48,919 nucleotides of DNA from a virus (taxonomy: Duplodnaviria; Caudoviricetes), in the IMG/VR virus record IMGVR_UViG_3300043406_000041, positions 1 to 48,919 of that record; one strand, given 5' to 3'. A program made the position numbers and the translations under genes. Under the pieces are notes generated by a model that was given only the letters and a program-made list of their open reading frames with translations, did no database searches and was not told the DNA's origin. Shown piece by piece: positions 18,765-27,263 of this stretch (position 1 is its first letter; the number at the start of each line of letters is the position of its first letter).

Positions 18765-19003
18765 CTCTCCGCCAACCAAGCCTGCACTAAGGGGCTGGCC
18801 TCGATGTCGTCCAACAGCTCGCGCAGCACGCCGTAGCTGTCGAACTCGACGTGCGTTTTCCGGCCAGCGTAGTCGAGCCGCGTCACCCGAATGGTGTAGG
18901 CGGGCGCCCCGAACCCGAGCGGCGTCCGGGCCGGTATGTTGGTCGTCGCAATTTCGATCGGCTCGCCCGTGGCGTCCCGCACCAGGATGGTGTTGTCTTT
19001 CAC
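18746..19003 (-). CDS. Hypothetical protein (85 aa) coupled to the integrase
   Basis: GTG overlaps the integrase TGA and has a GAGGAG RBS; the ORF ends inside the attP arm repeats. Confidence 0.55.
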   Translation of the reverse strand: MKDNTILVRDATGEPIEIATTNIPARTPLGFGAPAYTIRVTRLDYAGRKTHVEFDSYGVLRELLDDIEASPLVQAWLAESDVTPA

Positions 19004-19983
19004 GCTCTTCTCCTCTGAACCGCGTTGATCGCATCGGCCAACATCGCCGTCCTCGCCTTGGCATAGCGTGGCCGCAAGCTGGCCGAGCTGTGGTGCAGCG
19101 CCGGGGTGATCAGGTGGCCGACGCCGGCATCCTCCAGATCCTGCGCGAAGCAGTGGCGCAGGTCGTGGAACCGGAAGTCGCCCAAGCCCACCGCCGCCCG
19201 GGCAATCTCCCGGTCCTTCCTGATCTGGTGCAGGGCCAGCGGGAACAGGCGGCCGACGTCGGGCAGGGTCATCGTGGCGAGGATCCGCTCGACCTCCTCG
19301 GTGATCGGCACCACCACCTCCTTGCCGCCGGCGCGGCCCTTGGTCTTGGTGTGGATCAGGCCCCGGTCCAGATCGATGTCGCGACGCTCCAGACGCAGCA
19401 CGGCGCCGCGGCGCAGGCCCGTGGCGAGGGACAGCTCGGCGGCCGGGCGCGATCGTGCGGGCCACGCTGCCAGCAGGGTCGCTCGAGCGACGGTCCCCAC
19501 GCTGCGGTCCATGGGCTCGGGCTCCGCTAGGCGCAGGCGCCGCCACGGGATGCGGGCGAGGGGCATCCCCCACACGTCCGTCGCCCAATTCCAGGCGGCG
19601 CTCAGGGCGGCGAGGCGGCGGTTGCAGGTGGCAGGCCCGACCTCGCGCCGCCACCGCCCGATGATCGCGCTGACGTGCTCTGGCCCGACCCGTGGCAGCG
19701 GCGTGTCCAGGCCCAGCTCGACGCCCCACCGGCCGATCTGCGTCTCGACTTGGCCGGCGCTCGCGAGCTGGCTGGCCTTCTCGTTCCAGTAGCGGGTGAT
19801 CAGGTCGCGGACGGTCGCAGAGGCGTGACGGCTGCCGGGGTCTGCGAGGTCGGCGCGGAGCTTTCGTGCGAAGGCTTCCACGTCCCGTCTGAGCGTCTTT
19901 CCCGGGAGGGTTTTCTGCTTGCGCTGTCCGTTGACCTGGACATCGACGAGCCAGGAACCGTTCTTGCGGCGGCTGATTGACAT
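19000..19983 (-). CDS. int: Tyrosine integrase
   Basis: Catalytic set TGLRRG (R), TKTK (K), FHDLRH (HxxR), LHH and PRYA (Y); adjacent to attP. Confidence 0.93.
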   Translation of the reverse strand: MSISRRKNGSWLVDVQVNGQRKQKTLPGKTLRRDVEAFARKLRADLADPGSRHASATVRDLITRYWNEKASQLASAGQVETQIGRWGVELGLDTPLPRVGPEHVSAIIGRWRREVGPATCNRRLAALSAAWNWATDVWGMPLARIPWRRLRLAEPEPMDRSVGTVARATLLAAWPARSRPAAELSLATGLRRGAVLRLERRDIDLDRGLIHTKTKGRAGGKEVVVPITEEVERILATMTLPDVGRLFPLALHQIRKDREIARAAVGLGDFRFHDLRHCFAQDLEDAGVGHLITPALHHSSASLRPRYAKARTAMLADAINAVQRRRA

Positions 19984-20171
19984 GGCGTTCTGAACTCCAT
20001 TCGGCGTTCCACGAAGCGCACCAGCTCTGACATCGGGATGCGCTCCTCCCCGTCGTCGACGAGTACGCCGATCTCGCCACGGTTCAGAAGGCGCAGCAAG
20101 TGGTCACGGCAGAGGCCGAGTTCCTTGCAGGCTTGGAGCTTGGTCAGCAGGAGGGGCACGGTCAGCCCCAT
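19800..20171 (-). CDS. xis: Putative excisionase (HTH_17-like), C-terminal tail overlapping int
   Basis: LLTKLQACKELGLCRDHLLRLLNRGEI...RIPMSELVRFVE is an excisionase-like pattern; immediately upstream of int. Confidence 0.7.
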   Translation of the reverse strand: MGLTVPLLLTKLQACKELGLCRDHLLRLLNRGEIGVLVDDGEERIPMSELVRFVERRMEFRTPCQSAAARTVPGSSMSRSTDSASRKPSRERRSDGTWKPSHESSAPTSQTPAAVTPLRPSAT

Positions 20172-20308
20172 ATCCAGGCAAGGGCGACCAGGAGCAAGAC
20201 GGACCCGAGCCGCACGGCGTTGTTAGGAGCCATCCCGTAGATGCAGCCGAAGAGCCAGAATACCGCGAACTTAGCCGGCTCGACGATCACCCATGCGTCG
20301 TCCATCAC
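20162..20308 (-). CDS. Small membrane protein
   Basis: GTGA-coupled 48-aa hydrophobic ORF. Confidence 0.45.
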   Translation of the reverse strand: MMDDAWVIVEPAKFAVFWLFGCIYGMAPNNAVRLGSVLLLVALAWIWG

Positions 20309-20601
20309 CGCCCCCTCGCCAGCGCGAGCACCGCGCGGGCCTGGGCGTAGTGTCGGTTGCGCGTTGTCTTGCTGAGGAGACTCCATGGGCTTGGGTTGAT
20401 CGCACCCGTCGCCTCATAGATCGCCCGCGCCCACGTCTCGACCAGCGCCTCATCGGCGGCAGGATCGGGGGCGGCGGCGAGACAACCAGCCCATGATTCC
20501 TCGGCATCGACGAAGCTGATGTAAGCGCTCGCACTCTCTACGGCGCTCTCGATCATCTTCTCGGTCGGCTCGACCGGCACCAAGCGGTAGTCAGGCATCA
20601 T
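20305..20601 (-). CDS. Hypothetical phage protein (LVPVEPTEKM motif)
   Basis: VP.EPT..M motif common in early phage proteins; coupled ORF chain. Confidence 0.65.
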   Translation of the reverse strand: MMPDYRLVPVEPTEKMIESAVESASAYISFVDAEESWAGCLAAAPDPAADEALVETWARAIYEATGAINPSPWSLLSKTTRNRHYAQARAVLALARGR

Positions 20602-20831
20602 GCGGGCTCCTTCGGCGGGTTGGGCATCAGCGGGTCTTCGTAGATGAACGGTGGCCGCTGCCTTCGCGCGACGGTGATCTTCAGCTCATCCTTTGGAGCC
20701 GCCGCCTCGTACGCCGCGATGATCTCGTCGGCTGCATCCGAACACCACAACACCAGCCCACCGGCCAGTACCCGCTTCAGCATCTCGTCCAGCTTGCGCG
20801 CCACCGCCTCGCGCTGGGCGGGCGTGGTCAT
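20598..20831 (-). CDS. Hypothetical protein
   Basis: ATGA-coupled in the early leftward operon. Confidence 0.5.
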   Translation of the reverse strand: MTTPAQREAVARKLDEMLKRVLAGGLVLWCSDAADEIIAAYEAAAPKDELKITVARRQRPPFIYEDPLMPNPPKEPA

Positions 20832-21127
20832 CCCAGCCCCCGTGCCGCGCGGAGGGCGGCTCTCATGCTGGCGATAGCATCGCCTGCGGTTGGTGAAGTG
20901 AGCGAGTGCAGCGCCTCGACGAACGCACCGTATACCTTGGTCGCCTCCGTCTCCGTCACCTCCCCATCCGGCACGGGCAGGGCGCGGATCGCGGCGGCGA
21001 CTAACCACGCGCCGTCCTTCCGGCCGTCGTGATAGTCAGTGCTCGGCAACCCTGGCCTGCTGGCGATCTCGTGCGCCACCTTCTCCGCCGCCTCGGTCCC
21101 GGCCCGGTAGCTCGCGGGGTCGGTCAT
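20828..21127 (-). CDS. Hypothetical protein
   Basis: ATGA-coupled ORF. Confidence 0.55.
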   Translation of the reverse strand: MTDPASYRAGTEAAEKVAHEIASRPGLPSTDYHDGRKDGAWLVAAAIRALPVPDGEVTETEATKVYGAFVEALHSLTSPTAGDAIASMRAALRAARGLG

Positions 21128-21330
21128 GGGGCTGCCTCAAGCAACATGCGGATCGTCGCATTGTGGCCAATGCCATATTTTTCAGGGATCGCGCGAAACG
21201 CATCCTCGTCGTAAGCTGGCGAGTAGTTGTCCATGGCTCGCTCGACGTTCGCGATCTTCATGGCCTCGATCTCTGCTAAAGCGCACACCGTTTGCGAGTA
21301 GATAAAAGCAGCGGCTTGTTCCGCGTTCAC
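21124..21330 (-). CDS. Hypothetical protein
   Basis: GTGA-coupled, with an AGGGG RBS. Confidence 0.55.
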   Translation of the reverse strand: MNAEQAAAFIYSQTVCALAEIEAMKIANVERAMDNYSPAYDEDAFRAIPEKYGIGHNATIRMLLEAAP

Positions 21331-21722
21331 GTCCCCTCTCCCTTCGCGGGCGCAAGGGCGGCGCGGGCATAGTACAGCCGCTCGGACGCCTTGACGTACC
21401 AAACGGTTGGGCCGAGCTGCACGCCATTGCTCAGGTTATACAGGCCCGCTGCGTCGATGATGGACACGAGATCCTCCAGCGTCTCCCGCAGCCGGTCCCG
21501 CTCGGCCTCGGCGGCGGACAGCGCGGCGAGGAGGGCGCCGACATGGCTCGCGGCGAGCATGCCGAGCCGTTCCGCCGCATCAGCCATTTGCCGCTGCGCC
21601 TTCGCCCATTGATCCGATCCGGGGCCTGGGCCATCCTCTGCCGCAACAAAACCCTCCATCGCGGCGTGGAGAATGCCATCCAGCCTCGCCAGCACGGCGC
21701 GGGCCTCGGGGGTGATCATCAC
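21327..21722 (-). CDS. Hypothetical protein
   Basis: GTGA-coupled 131-aa ORF. Confidence 0.55.
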   Translation of the reverse strand: MMITPEARAVLARLDGILHAAMEGFVAAEDGPGPGSDQWAKAQRQMADAAERLGMLAASHVGALLAALSAAEAERDRLRETLEDLVSIIDAAGLYNLSNGVQLGPTVWYVKASERLYYARAALAPAKGEGT

Positions 21723-22270
21723 CTCGCCTCCTCGAACTGACGGACGCGCTCCATCTGCAGCGTCTCGGCCCAGCCGGGCGACTGGCGGCCGATGGCGAGC
21801 GCGCCGTCGAATGCCGACAGCATGGCATCAACCCTCGCCGCCCACGCCCCCGCCGCCGACGCCGCCTCCGCCACCCTCGCCGCCGCCTCGGCCTCGGCCG
21901 CCGCCTCAGCGAGCGACCCCTTCGCCGCGCGCAGCCTCGCCGCCTCCGTGTCCAGCCCGGCCGCGTCCAAGGCCAGCGGCGCAAACACCCGGATCGCCTG
22001 CCACGCCAGGAACTCCGCCCGCCGGACTTCCGCCGCCGGGTCGACCGTGCCGGCCAGCCGGATGATGTATGGCTTCAGCCGCTGCCGGTCGGTGTCGGAC
22101 ATGGCGTCGTTGATGCCGCGTCCGTACGCCGCCAGCACCGGGCAGACGCAGGGCGGATGGTCGCCCAGCTTGCCGTACTCGAACCACGACACGGCATCGA
22201 GGAGGCACGCGCCATCCCTCGGATGCTTGCTCGCCCCGCGCCGCAGGTCGAACTGCCAGATCTCGTTCAT
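21719..22270 (-). CDS. Conserved phage protein with Cys/His motif and Ala-rich tract
   Basis: GACLLDAVSW...DHPPCVCPVL motif; ATGA coupling. Confidence 0.65.
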   Translation of the reverse strand: MNEIWQFDLRRGASKHPRDGACLLDAVSWFEYGKLGDHPPCVCPVLAAYGRGINDAMSDTDRQRLKPYIIRLAGTVDPAAEVRRAEFLAWQAIRVFAPLALDAAGLDTEAARLRAAKGSLAEAAAEAEAAARVAEAASAAGAWAARVDAMLSAFDGALAIGRQSPGWAETLQMERVRQFEEAR

Positions 22271-23259
22271 TCCGCCGCTCCTTCCGCTGCCTCTAATTTG
22301 GTGATCCGCGCCTGCAACTGGTCGCGCAGCTTCCCGTCCGCGTGCTCGGCCATGACCTTCAGCGCCGAGAGGTTCGCGCGGGGCACGTAGTCCGGCGCGA
22401 CCCGCTCGGCTGCCTGGTAGGCCTTCACAGCCTCAGACAGGATCGACGTGGTGAAGGTGACCGTGCCGTCCGCGCCGATGATCCTGACGAGCTCGCGCAT
22501 CTCACCCTCGGTAGTAGCTATCGCCTTGCCCGCCGCCCACGCCGCCAAGCGCCGGCCCGTCTCCTCGCTGATAGGCTGGTCCAGCGGGAACAGCGGCCGG
22601 TGCTGCTCCTGCAGCTTGGTCGGGACCGGGTAGCCCGGCCGGTCGGGCAGGAACAGAAACGAGGCGGTCATCTCGAACATGAACCGCTTCTCGCAGATTG
22701 GCGTCCACCCGACGTGCTCGACCACCGTCTTCTCGTAGCCGTTGGGCTGGGGGACCTTGGTGATCTTGATCTTCTCGTCGGCGCGCATGGCGAAGATCAG
22801 GTGCAGGCGGGCCTGCAGGAAATGATGCTGCACCATGCGCTTGTGCGCGGCCTTGGGTGCCGCCCAATTGCCGGGCGACTTGATGCCGCCCTTGCTCTTG
22901 CCGTCACCGACGCGCTCGATCTCCTCCGCCCAATCGATCAGCCCGCCCTCGCCGTCGTGCTCGTGGCTGAAGCTGTCGAACACCAGCGCCCCATAGCCCG
23001 CCTTCTCGGCCCGCTCGACGATCGCACTGAACCGCTCCGGCCTGAACGGCGGGCGCATGTCCATGTGGTCGAAGGTGAACTGGTCGGCGTAGTGGAGCGC
23101 ACGCCGGGCCTCGGTGTCGACGACGGCCACCTTCTTGTCGCCCGCCAGCCCCGTGGCCAGCCGCAGCGCCGAGAAGGTCTTGCCGCCACCGCTTGGCCCC
23201 GCGAGCCCGACGAGGACGGTCGTCGCCTCGCGCCGGGCCGGAATGAAGTCGTCGCTCAT
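22267..23259 (-). CDS. AAA_24/Sak4-like recombination ATPase
   Basis: Walker A GPSGGGKT, VVDTE and Walker B LVFDSFSHE; follows the exonuclease. Confidence 0.85.
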   Translation of the reverse strand: MSDDFIPARREATTVLVGLAGPSGGGKTFSALRLATGLAGDKKVAVVDTEARRALHYADQFTFDHMDMRPPFRPERFSAIVERAEKAGYGALVFDSFSHEHDGEGGLIDWAEEIERVGDGKSKGGIKSPGNWAAPKAAHKRMVQHHFLQARLHLIFAMRADEKIKITKVPQPNGYEKTVVEHVGWTPICEKRFMFEMTASFLFLPDRPGYPVPTKLQEQHRPLFPLDQPISEETGRRLAAWAAGKAIATTEGEMRELVRIIGADGTVTFTTSILSEAVKAYQAAERVAPDYVPRANLSALKVMAEHADGKLRDQLQARITKLEAAEGAAE

Positions 23260-24191
23260 ACCCCAAAGTGCTCCGGCTGCATCACGTAGGGCGGGTCGAC
23301 CGGACCCTCCAGCGCGTCGAGCTGCTGGCCCGTGAACGCCATCGCCCGGTAGAGGGTCGCCTCCGTCTGGAACTCCATCCACTTCGGCTCCTCGAGCCAC
23401 TGGAGCTGTGTCGTGTAGGCGGGCCAGATCCCCAGCTTCAGGCACCGCGACCAGATCGCGAGCGCGGCATCGACCTTGCGGCGCGCGGCATCGAGCACCG
23501 ACTCCGGGGCCTCGAACCACGCGAGCGCGTAGGGCTCCTCGTCCTCGATCACGATGAACTGGTAGCGCGCGGCCTCGCCGGTGGCCTTCTCCCAGCCGCG
23601 CAGATACCAGGCGGCCCGAAAATCGTACCCCATCGCGAAGGCGTGGCGGCTGGCCCAGCCCTCGGGCGTCGCCGCGGTGCCGGTCAGCTTCAGGTCGCGC
23701 AGGTAGCCCGGCAGGGTGACATCGGGCCTGCACCGGCACCAGAAGCCGTCCTCGCGCCAGATCACCGTCTGCTCGGTCGGATAGGCCAGCGCGCCACGCA
23801 GCTCGGGGTGGGCGTCGATCTGCTTGCGCACCCTGTCCGCGATCTTAACCGCCTCGTCGAGCTGGTGGGTGAGCAGCGGGGTCATGCCGTTCGCGATGGC
23901 ATCGGCCCTGGCGTTCCTGGCGGCCTGCGTCTTGTAGTCCTTGAACTCCAGTTCCCGGATGCGCTCGTCGCCCAGCAGCAGCTCATGCACCGCCGAGCCC
24001 ATCGCGAACTTGCCGTCGTCCTCCTCCGGCCCCTCGCTCCTGAGCCTGGGATGCGCGGCCTTCGCGTGCGCCGGCGACCGCGACAGCAGCAGCTCGGCCA
24101 CGGAGCACGACAGGCTGGGCTCCGGGCACAGGTCGTCGGCGTGGTACTGCGCCGCGGGAATGTCGGCGTAGACGCCTGGGCGGTCGATCAT
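23256..24191 (-). CDS. RecE/exonuclease VIII-like PD-(D/E)xK nuclease (DUF3799-like)
   Basis: YH...LS.S, SPAH, GSAVH.LLL, EQTVIW, RCRPD, DLK and GY...AAWY motifs. Confidence 0.88.
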   Translation of the reverse strand: MIDRPGVYADIPAAQYHADDLCPEPSLSCSVAELLLSRSPAHAKAAHPRLRSEGPEEDDGKFAMGSAVHELLLGDERIRELEFKDYKTQAARNARADAIANGMTPLLTHQLDEAVKIADRVRKQIDAHPELRGALAYPTEQTVIWREDGFWCRCRPDVTLPGYLRDLKLTGTAATPEGWASRHAFAMGYDFRAAWYLRGWEKATGEAARYQFIVIEDEEPYALAWFEAPESVLDAARRKVDAALAIWSRCLKLGIWPAYTTQLQWLEEPKWMEFQTEATLYRAMAFTGQQLDALEGPVDPPYVMQPEHFGV

Positions 24192-24391
24192 CGGTGGGCC
24201 TTCTTGGTGATTGGTCTGGTCATGCGCTTCAGCGAGTGGCCGATGTGCCAGCTACGGCATGTCTCGCAGCGGTAGACCTGCGGCAGGCTCTGCCCCGTCC
24301 GGCGCTGCATCTGGCGGGCTATCTCGCCGGCCTTTGCTCGGCTCGGGTGTGGGTGCTTGCCGGCGCAGGCCGGGTCGATCGGCTCGCACAT
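24188..24391 (-). CDS. Small Zn-finger-like phage protein
   Basis: CAGKH...YRCETCRSWHIG; GGAGG RBS. Confidence 0.6.
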   Translation of the reverse strand: MCEPIDPACAGKHPHPSRAKAGEIARQMQRRTGQSLPQVYRCETCRSWHIGHSLKRMTRPITKKAHR

Positions 24392-24472
24392 CGTCGTCCT
24401 CCCATTCGTCGGGCTCGCGCCTCGAGCGACGGTGCAGACGCAGTCAGTCGTCGAGGTCGGCGGGCAGGGTCA

Positions 24473-25429
24473 TCAGAACATTCGGTCGATGATCTCAACC
24501 AGATAGGCCGTGTTGACCTTCTCCGGGCTGTTGTCCTTCAGCTTGTTGACCAGCTCGACGAAGTACGCGGCATCGACACCAGTTAGCTGGTCCTGCAAGA
24601 CCGCGTGGTCGGTCAGGTCAAGTGCTGCCGCCTGCATGATCATCTTGAGGATCTGGCCGGCGTTAACGGTCCAGCCGCGCCGAATGAACTTGCGCAGGCG
24701 GATGATCGAGCAGACCGGGTAGAGGCTGCCGACGTACCGTAACTCGCGTGCGAGTAGCGCCTCCAGAGCGGCCGGGCGCAAGGTCAACTCGTCATTCCAC
24801 GAGCACCAGTGATTAGTGCAGTGGACGAAATCGTAGTTCTTGTGGATCTCGTCTGGCTCACCATAGAAGCGCAGCACGATCTGGACGCGATGGCTCAGCG
24901 TGATGGCGTTGGTCGAGAGGAACACCGGCCGGAACTTAGCGCCGCCGTCCTCCTTCATGAGGGCCGCCTGCGTCTCTTCCAGCGTGTCTTGGATCTCGCC
25001 GGGGTCTTGCATCACCTCGCCGATGTAGGCGCCAGCCTCGCCATCGGCCCGACCCTCAAAATACTCGTAGGGCTTCGTCGCGCCCGCCTCACTGGCAATG
25101 CCTGCGCTTTTGACCACGATGCGGACGCGCCCGCCTTCGTCATCCACGAATATGCGCACTGCGATCCCAGCTTTGGACTTTGGCGAGAACCGGCCGACAT
25201 AGTAAGCGGCAACTGCCTTAGTCGCAGCGATGTTGCGGAAGTAGATGTCGTAGTCGTTAACCGGCTCGCCCATCAGCATGGAAGCAATCGAGCCTCCTGT
25301 GACGATGGCGTTGTCGGCGGCCATGGTGCGCACCGTCTGGTCGTCGATTGAGTCCAGCCAGTCGTTGACCGTCTTCCGAAGCAGCTTGCGGATCGTTTTG
25401 GCCTTCATGCCTCGCGCCACGGCGTTCAT
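24473..25429 (-). CDS. Nucleotidyltransferase (Pol-beta superfamily, CCA/poly(A) polymerase head-like)
   Basis: IVTGGSIAS...VNDYDIYF (GG...DxD), NYDFVHC (RDFT-like) and RLRKFIRRGW. Confidence 0.78.
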   Translation of the reverse strand: MNAVARGMKAKTIRKLLRKTVNDWLDSIDDQTVRTMAADNAIVTGGSIASMLMGEPVNDYDIYFRNIAATKAVAAYYVGRFSPKSKAGIAVRIFVDDEGGRVRIVVKSAGIASEAGATKPYEYFEGRADGEAGAYIGEVMQDPGEIQDTLEETQAALMKEDGGAKFRPVFLSTNAITLSHRVQIVLRFYGEPDEIHKNYDFVHCTNHWCSWNDELTLRPAALEALLARELRYVGSLYPVCSIIRLRKFIRRGWTVNAGQILKMIMQAAALDLTDHAVLQDQLTGVDAAYFVELVNKLKDNSPEKVNTAYLVEIIDRMF

Positions 25430-25644
25430 GCGACTGCCCTCGGCTCGTAAATCTCGCGCAAGTAGATGTCCGACAGCAGCAGGTTGTCGGGCAGATCCGG
25501 TTGGGCCAACAGCGCGTGCAGCGCCGCGAGGCTCGTCTCGGCCTCGATCTCGACGTAAAGGCTGAAGGTCTTGCGCGTTTGCCAGAGGCCGGGCTCAACC
25601 TCGGTGCTGGCGTACTTGCTGATTAGGCAGGACCAGCGGCTCAT
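25426..25644 (-). CDS. Hypothetical protein
   Basis: ATGA-coupled at both ends. Confidence 0.55.
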   Translation of the reverse strand: MSRWSCLISKYASTEVEPGLWQTRKTFSLYVEIEAETSLAALHALLAQPDLPDNLLLSDIYLREIYEPRAVA

Positions 25645-25742
25645 GATGGGGTCCTCGCAAAGAGCATGACGGCGACCGGCCAAGCTAGCAGGCCCCACAA
25701 CAGGCCCACCATCAGCCCGGCAAGGAAGGGATGGCGCATCAT
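25641..25742 (-). CDS. Small single-TM peptide
   Basis: MMRHPFLAGLMVGLLWGLLAWPVAVMLFARTPS; coupled at both ends. Confidence 0.5.
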   Translation of the reverse strand: MMRHPFLAGLMVGLLWGLLAWPVAVMLFARTPS

Positions 25743-26014
25743 GACACCAGCCCCGACACCAGCCACGCCAGGAACACGCCCATGATGGCGCCGCTGAGCC
25801 CGCACACCGCGGCGAGGATGAAGGCGCCCACCTTGCGGTCCGCCAGCTGGTCGTGAACGCTGAGATACTTCAGCTTCCAGTCCCTGATCTCGCCGTGCAG
25901 TTCGGTGTTCTCGGCCACCACATCGCTGTAGCTCGGGCCATCGTCCGGCCGGTGGTGCTGGCGGACCTGCGGGAACAGAGCGGGGATGATCCTGGTGTCG
26001 GGGTGCATGGTCAT
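25739..26014 (-). CDS. Hypothetical protein with C-terminal TM
   Basis: Coupled ORF with a hydrophobic C-terminus. Confidence 0.5.
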   Translation of the reverse strand: MTMHPDTRIIPALFPQVRQHHRPDDGPSYSDVVAENTELHGEIRDWKLKYLSVHDQLADRKVGAFILAAVCGLSGAIMGVFLAWLVSGLVS

Positions 26015-26217
26015 CGCCCCGGCTCCTTGCCGTCGACCTGCCGGCCCTGGAAGCCCAGCATCTCGCGGACCTGCTCGCGCGTCTCGTCGATGTCCCACGT
26101 CTGGCCCATGAAGTAGGCCGTCCGCTTGCCGGCAACCGGCACGATCGCGACGCCCGAGAGCGGGAACCAAGCGGGCTCCCCCTTGATGTGCAGCTTGATG
26201 TGGGTGGCGGCCATCAC
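26011..26217 (-). CDS. Small hypothetical protein (possibly FlbD-like fold)
   Basis: HIKLH...IDETREQVREML pattern; coupled ORF. Confidence 0.5.
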   Translation of the reverse strand: MMAATHIKLHIKGEPAWFPLSGVAIVPVAGKRTAYFMGQTWDIDETREQVREMLGFQGRQVDGKEPGR

Positions 26218-26777
26218 GCGGACTCCTGCAACAGCCGCTCCAGCGTGTCAGCCATCCAGCGATAAGAGGCGACGCTCTCGGCTGCCCAGGCGTCGCTCGC
26301 GGCTGCCTCCGGGCAGTCGTTCTGCCAGTTTGTCTCGTAACCGACAGCAACACGCTCCACGACTGCGCGCACATCCGGCCGCTTTACATGCGTCAACAGT
26401 CGCCGCTGCTGCAGCGCGCAGAACTGCGGCCAGACGCTACTGAGATCGATACCCTCCGGGATCGCGCGGGCAAATCGTACGGGCCATTGCATGGCATCGG
26501 CTTGCGACAAACCCTCGAAGATCGTATCCTGCAGCCGCATCAGCACGAGCGGGACACCAAGCCGGTTGCCAAGCGCCTCGTGGTCCGCGTGATCAAACGT
26601 CTCGCCGGTCAACGCCATGACGGCGTGCGATCCGCAGCCGACAGCGCAACCCTTGCCGTCCGACCAGTACTGGCCTTTCACGAGCCGGTCGGCGGCGCGG
26701 TGGGCTTCCATGATCTCGACGAACGCGGCCTGTGTGACGGCCGGGTGCGCTCGATACGATAGTGGTGGGCTCTGCAT
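26214..26777 (-). CDS. Conserved phage protein (KGCAVGC motif), first gene of the leftward operon
   Basis: AHRAAD.L.KGQYW..GKGCAVGC...IFEGL; GGGAG RBS. Confidence 0.7.
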   Translation of the reverse strand: MQSPPLSYRAHPAVTQAAFVEIMEAHRAADRLVKGQYWSDGKGCAVGCGSHAVMALTGETFDHADHEALGNRLGVPLVLMRLQDTIFEGLSQADAMQWPVRFARAIPEGIDLSSVWPQFCALQQRRLLTHVKRPDVRAVVERVAVGYETNWQNDCPEAAASDAWAAESVASYRWMADTLERLLQESA

Positions 26778-26803
26778 GGCGGCTCCCATCGGGGTGATGG
26801 GAG

Positions 26804-26847
26804 GATTAAGGGACTAATCGTCCCGTCCGTCAAGGACAAAATGTCCC
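26804..26847 (-). promoter_or_regulatory. pL-like promoter with two operators
   Basis: TTGACG -35 at 26833-26828; operators GGGACTAATCGTCCC (26810-26824) and AGGACAAAATGTCCC (26833-26847). Confidence 0.75.
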
Positions 26848-26875
26848 GCTGGATTCACATTTCACGAGGCGACTT

Positions 26876-27145
26876 CTAGGAGACTAGAGCCGGCCTTGCG
26901 CGCTTGGGCAACGGGCCGGTCACGTCGAAAAGCTGCTGTTCGGTAATCCCGTAAAAGCCGCACAGCCTTGGAATGAATTCGTGCGGCACCGGGCTGCGGG
27001 TCTCGTACTTCCGATAATTCTCATACGCCACCCCGATCCGAGCCGCCAGCTCGCGCTGGGTCAGGCCCTCGCGCTCTCGCAAGGCGCGGGTTCGAGTCAA
27101 GAACTTCTGTTCCCATTCGGTGAGCGGGAGCGATTTGCCAGCCAT
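26876..27145 (-). CDS. CI-like XRE-family HTH repressor (89 aa, no S24 protease domain)
   Basis: LREREGLTQRELAARIGVAYENYRKYE HTH; divergent from the cro-like gene across the operator array. Confidence 0.85.
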   Translation of the reverse strand: MAGKSLPLTEWEQKFLTRTRALREREGLTQRELAARIGVAYENYRKYETRSPVPHEFIPRLCGFYGITEQQLFDVTGPLPKRARPALVS

Positions 27146-27150
27146 GCCCC

Positions 27151-27258
27151 ATTGTCGCCCGGCCGGCACCAATGTCAGGCGGCAAGATGTCCCGCCGCGA
27201 GCGGACGCATCGTCTCGCGACATTGGCGTTGACACGCGGGACAAATCGTCCCTAGATA
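27151..27258. promoter_or_regulatory. Divergent pRM/pR promoters with three operators
   Basis: pR: TTGACA (27229) ... TAGATA (27253). pRM on the minus strand: CTGACA-16-GACAAT. Operators GCGGCAAGATGTCCC (27179), CGGACGCATCGTCTC (27202) and GGGACAAATCGTCCC (27238). Confidence 0.75.
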
Positions 27259-27263
27259 CCACC

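Noticed and set aside
21830-21950. GCC-rich low-complexity tract as a repeat element
   Set aside because: It encodes an Ala-rich helix within the 21719-22270 gene.
24444-24473. 9-codon minigene MTLPADLDD-TGA after the NTase, suggesting TGA read-through or recoding
   Set aside because: TGA is the usual stop throughout the genome, so this is more likely a gene remnant; there is no other support for recoding.
24660-25265. Additional GTTAAC sites in the NTase gene as copies of the late promoter
   Set aside because: They lack the GCCATT prefix, lie inside a coding region and show no convincing -10 at the conserved spacing.
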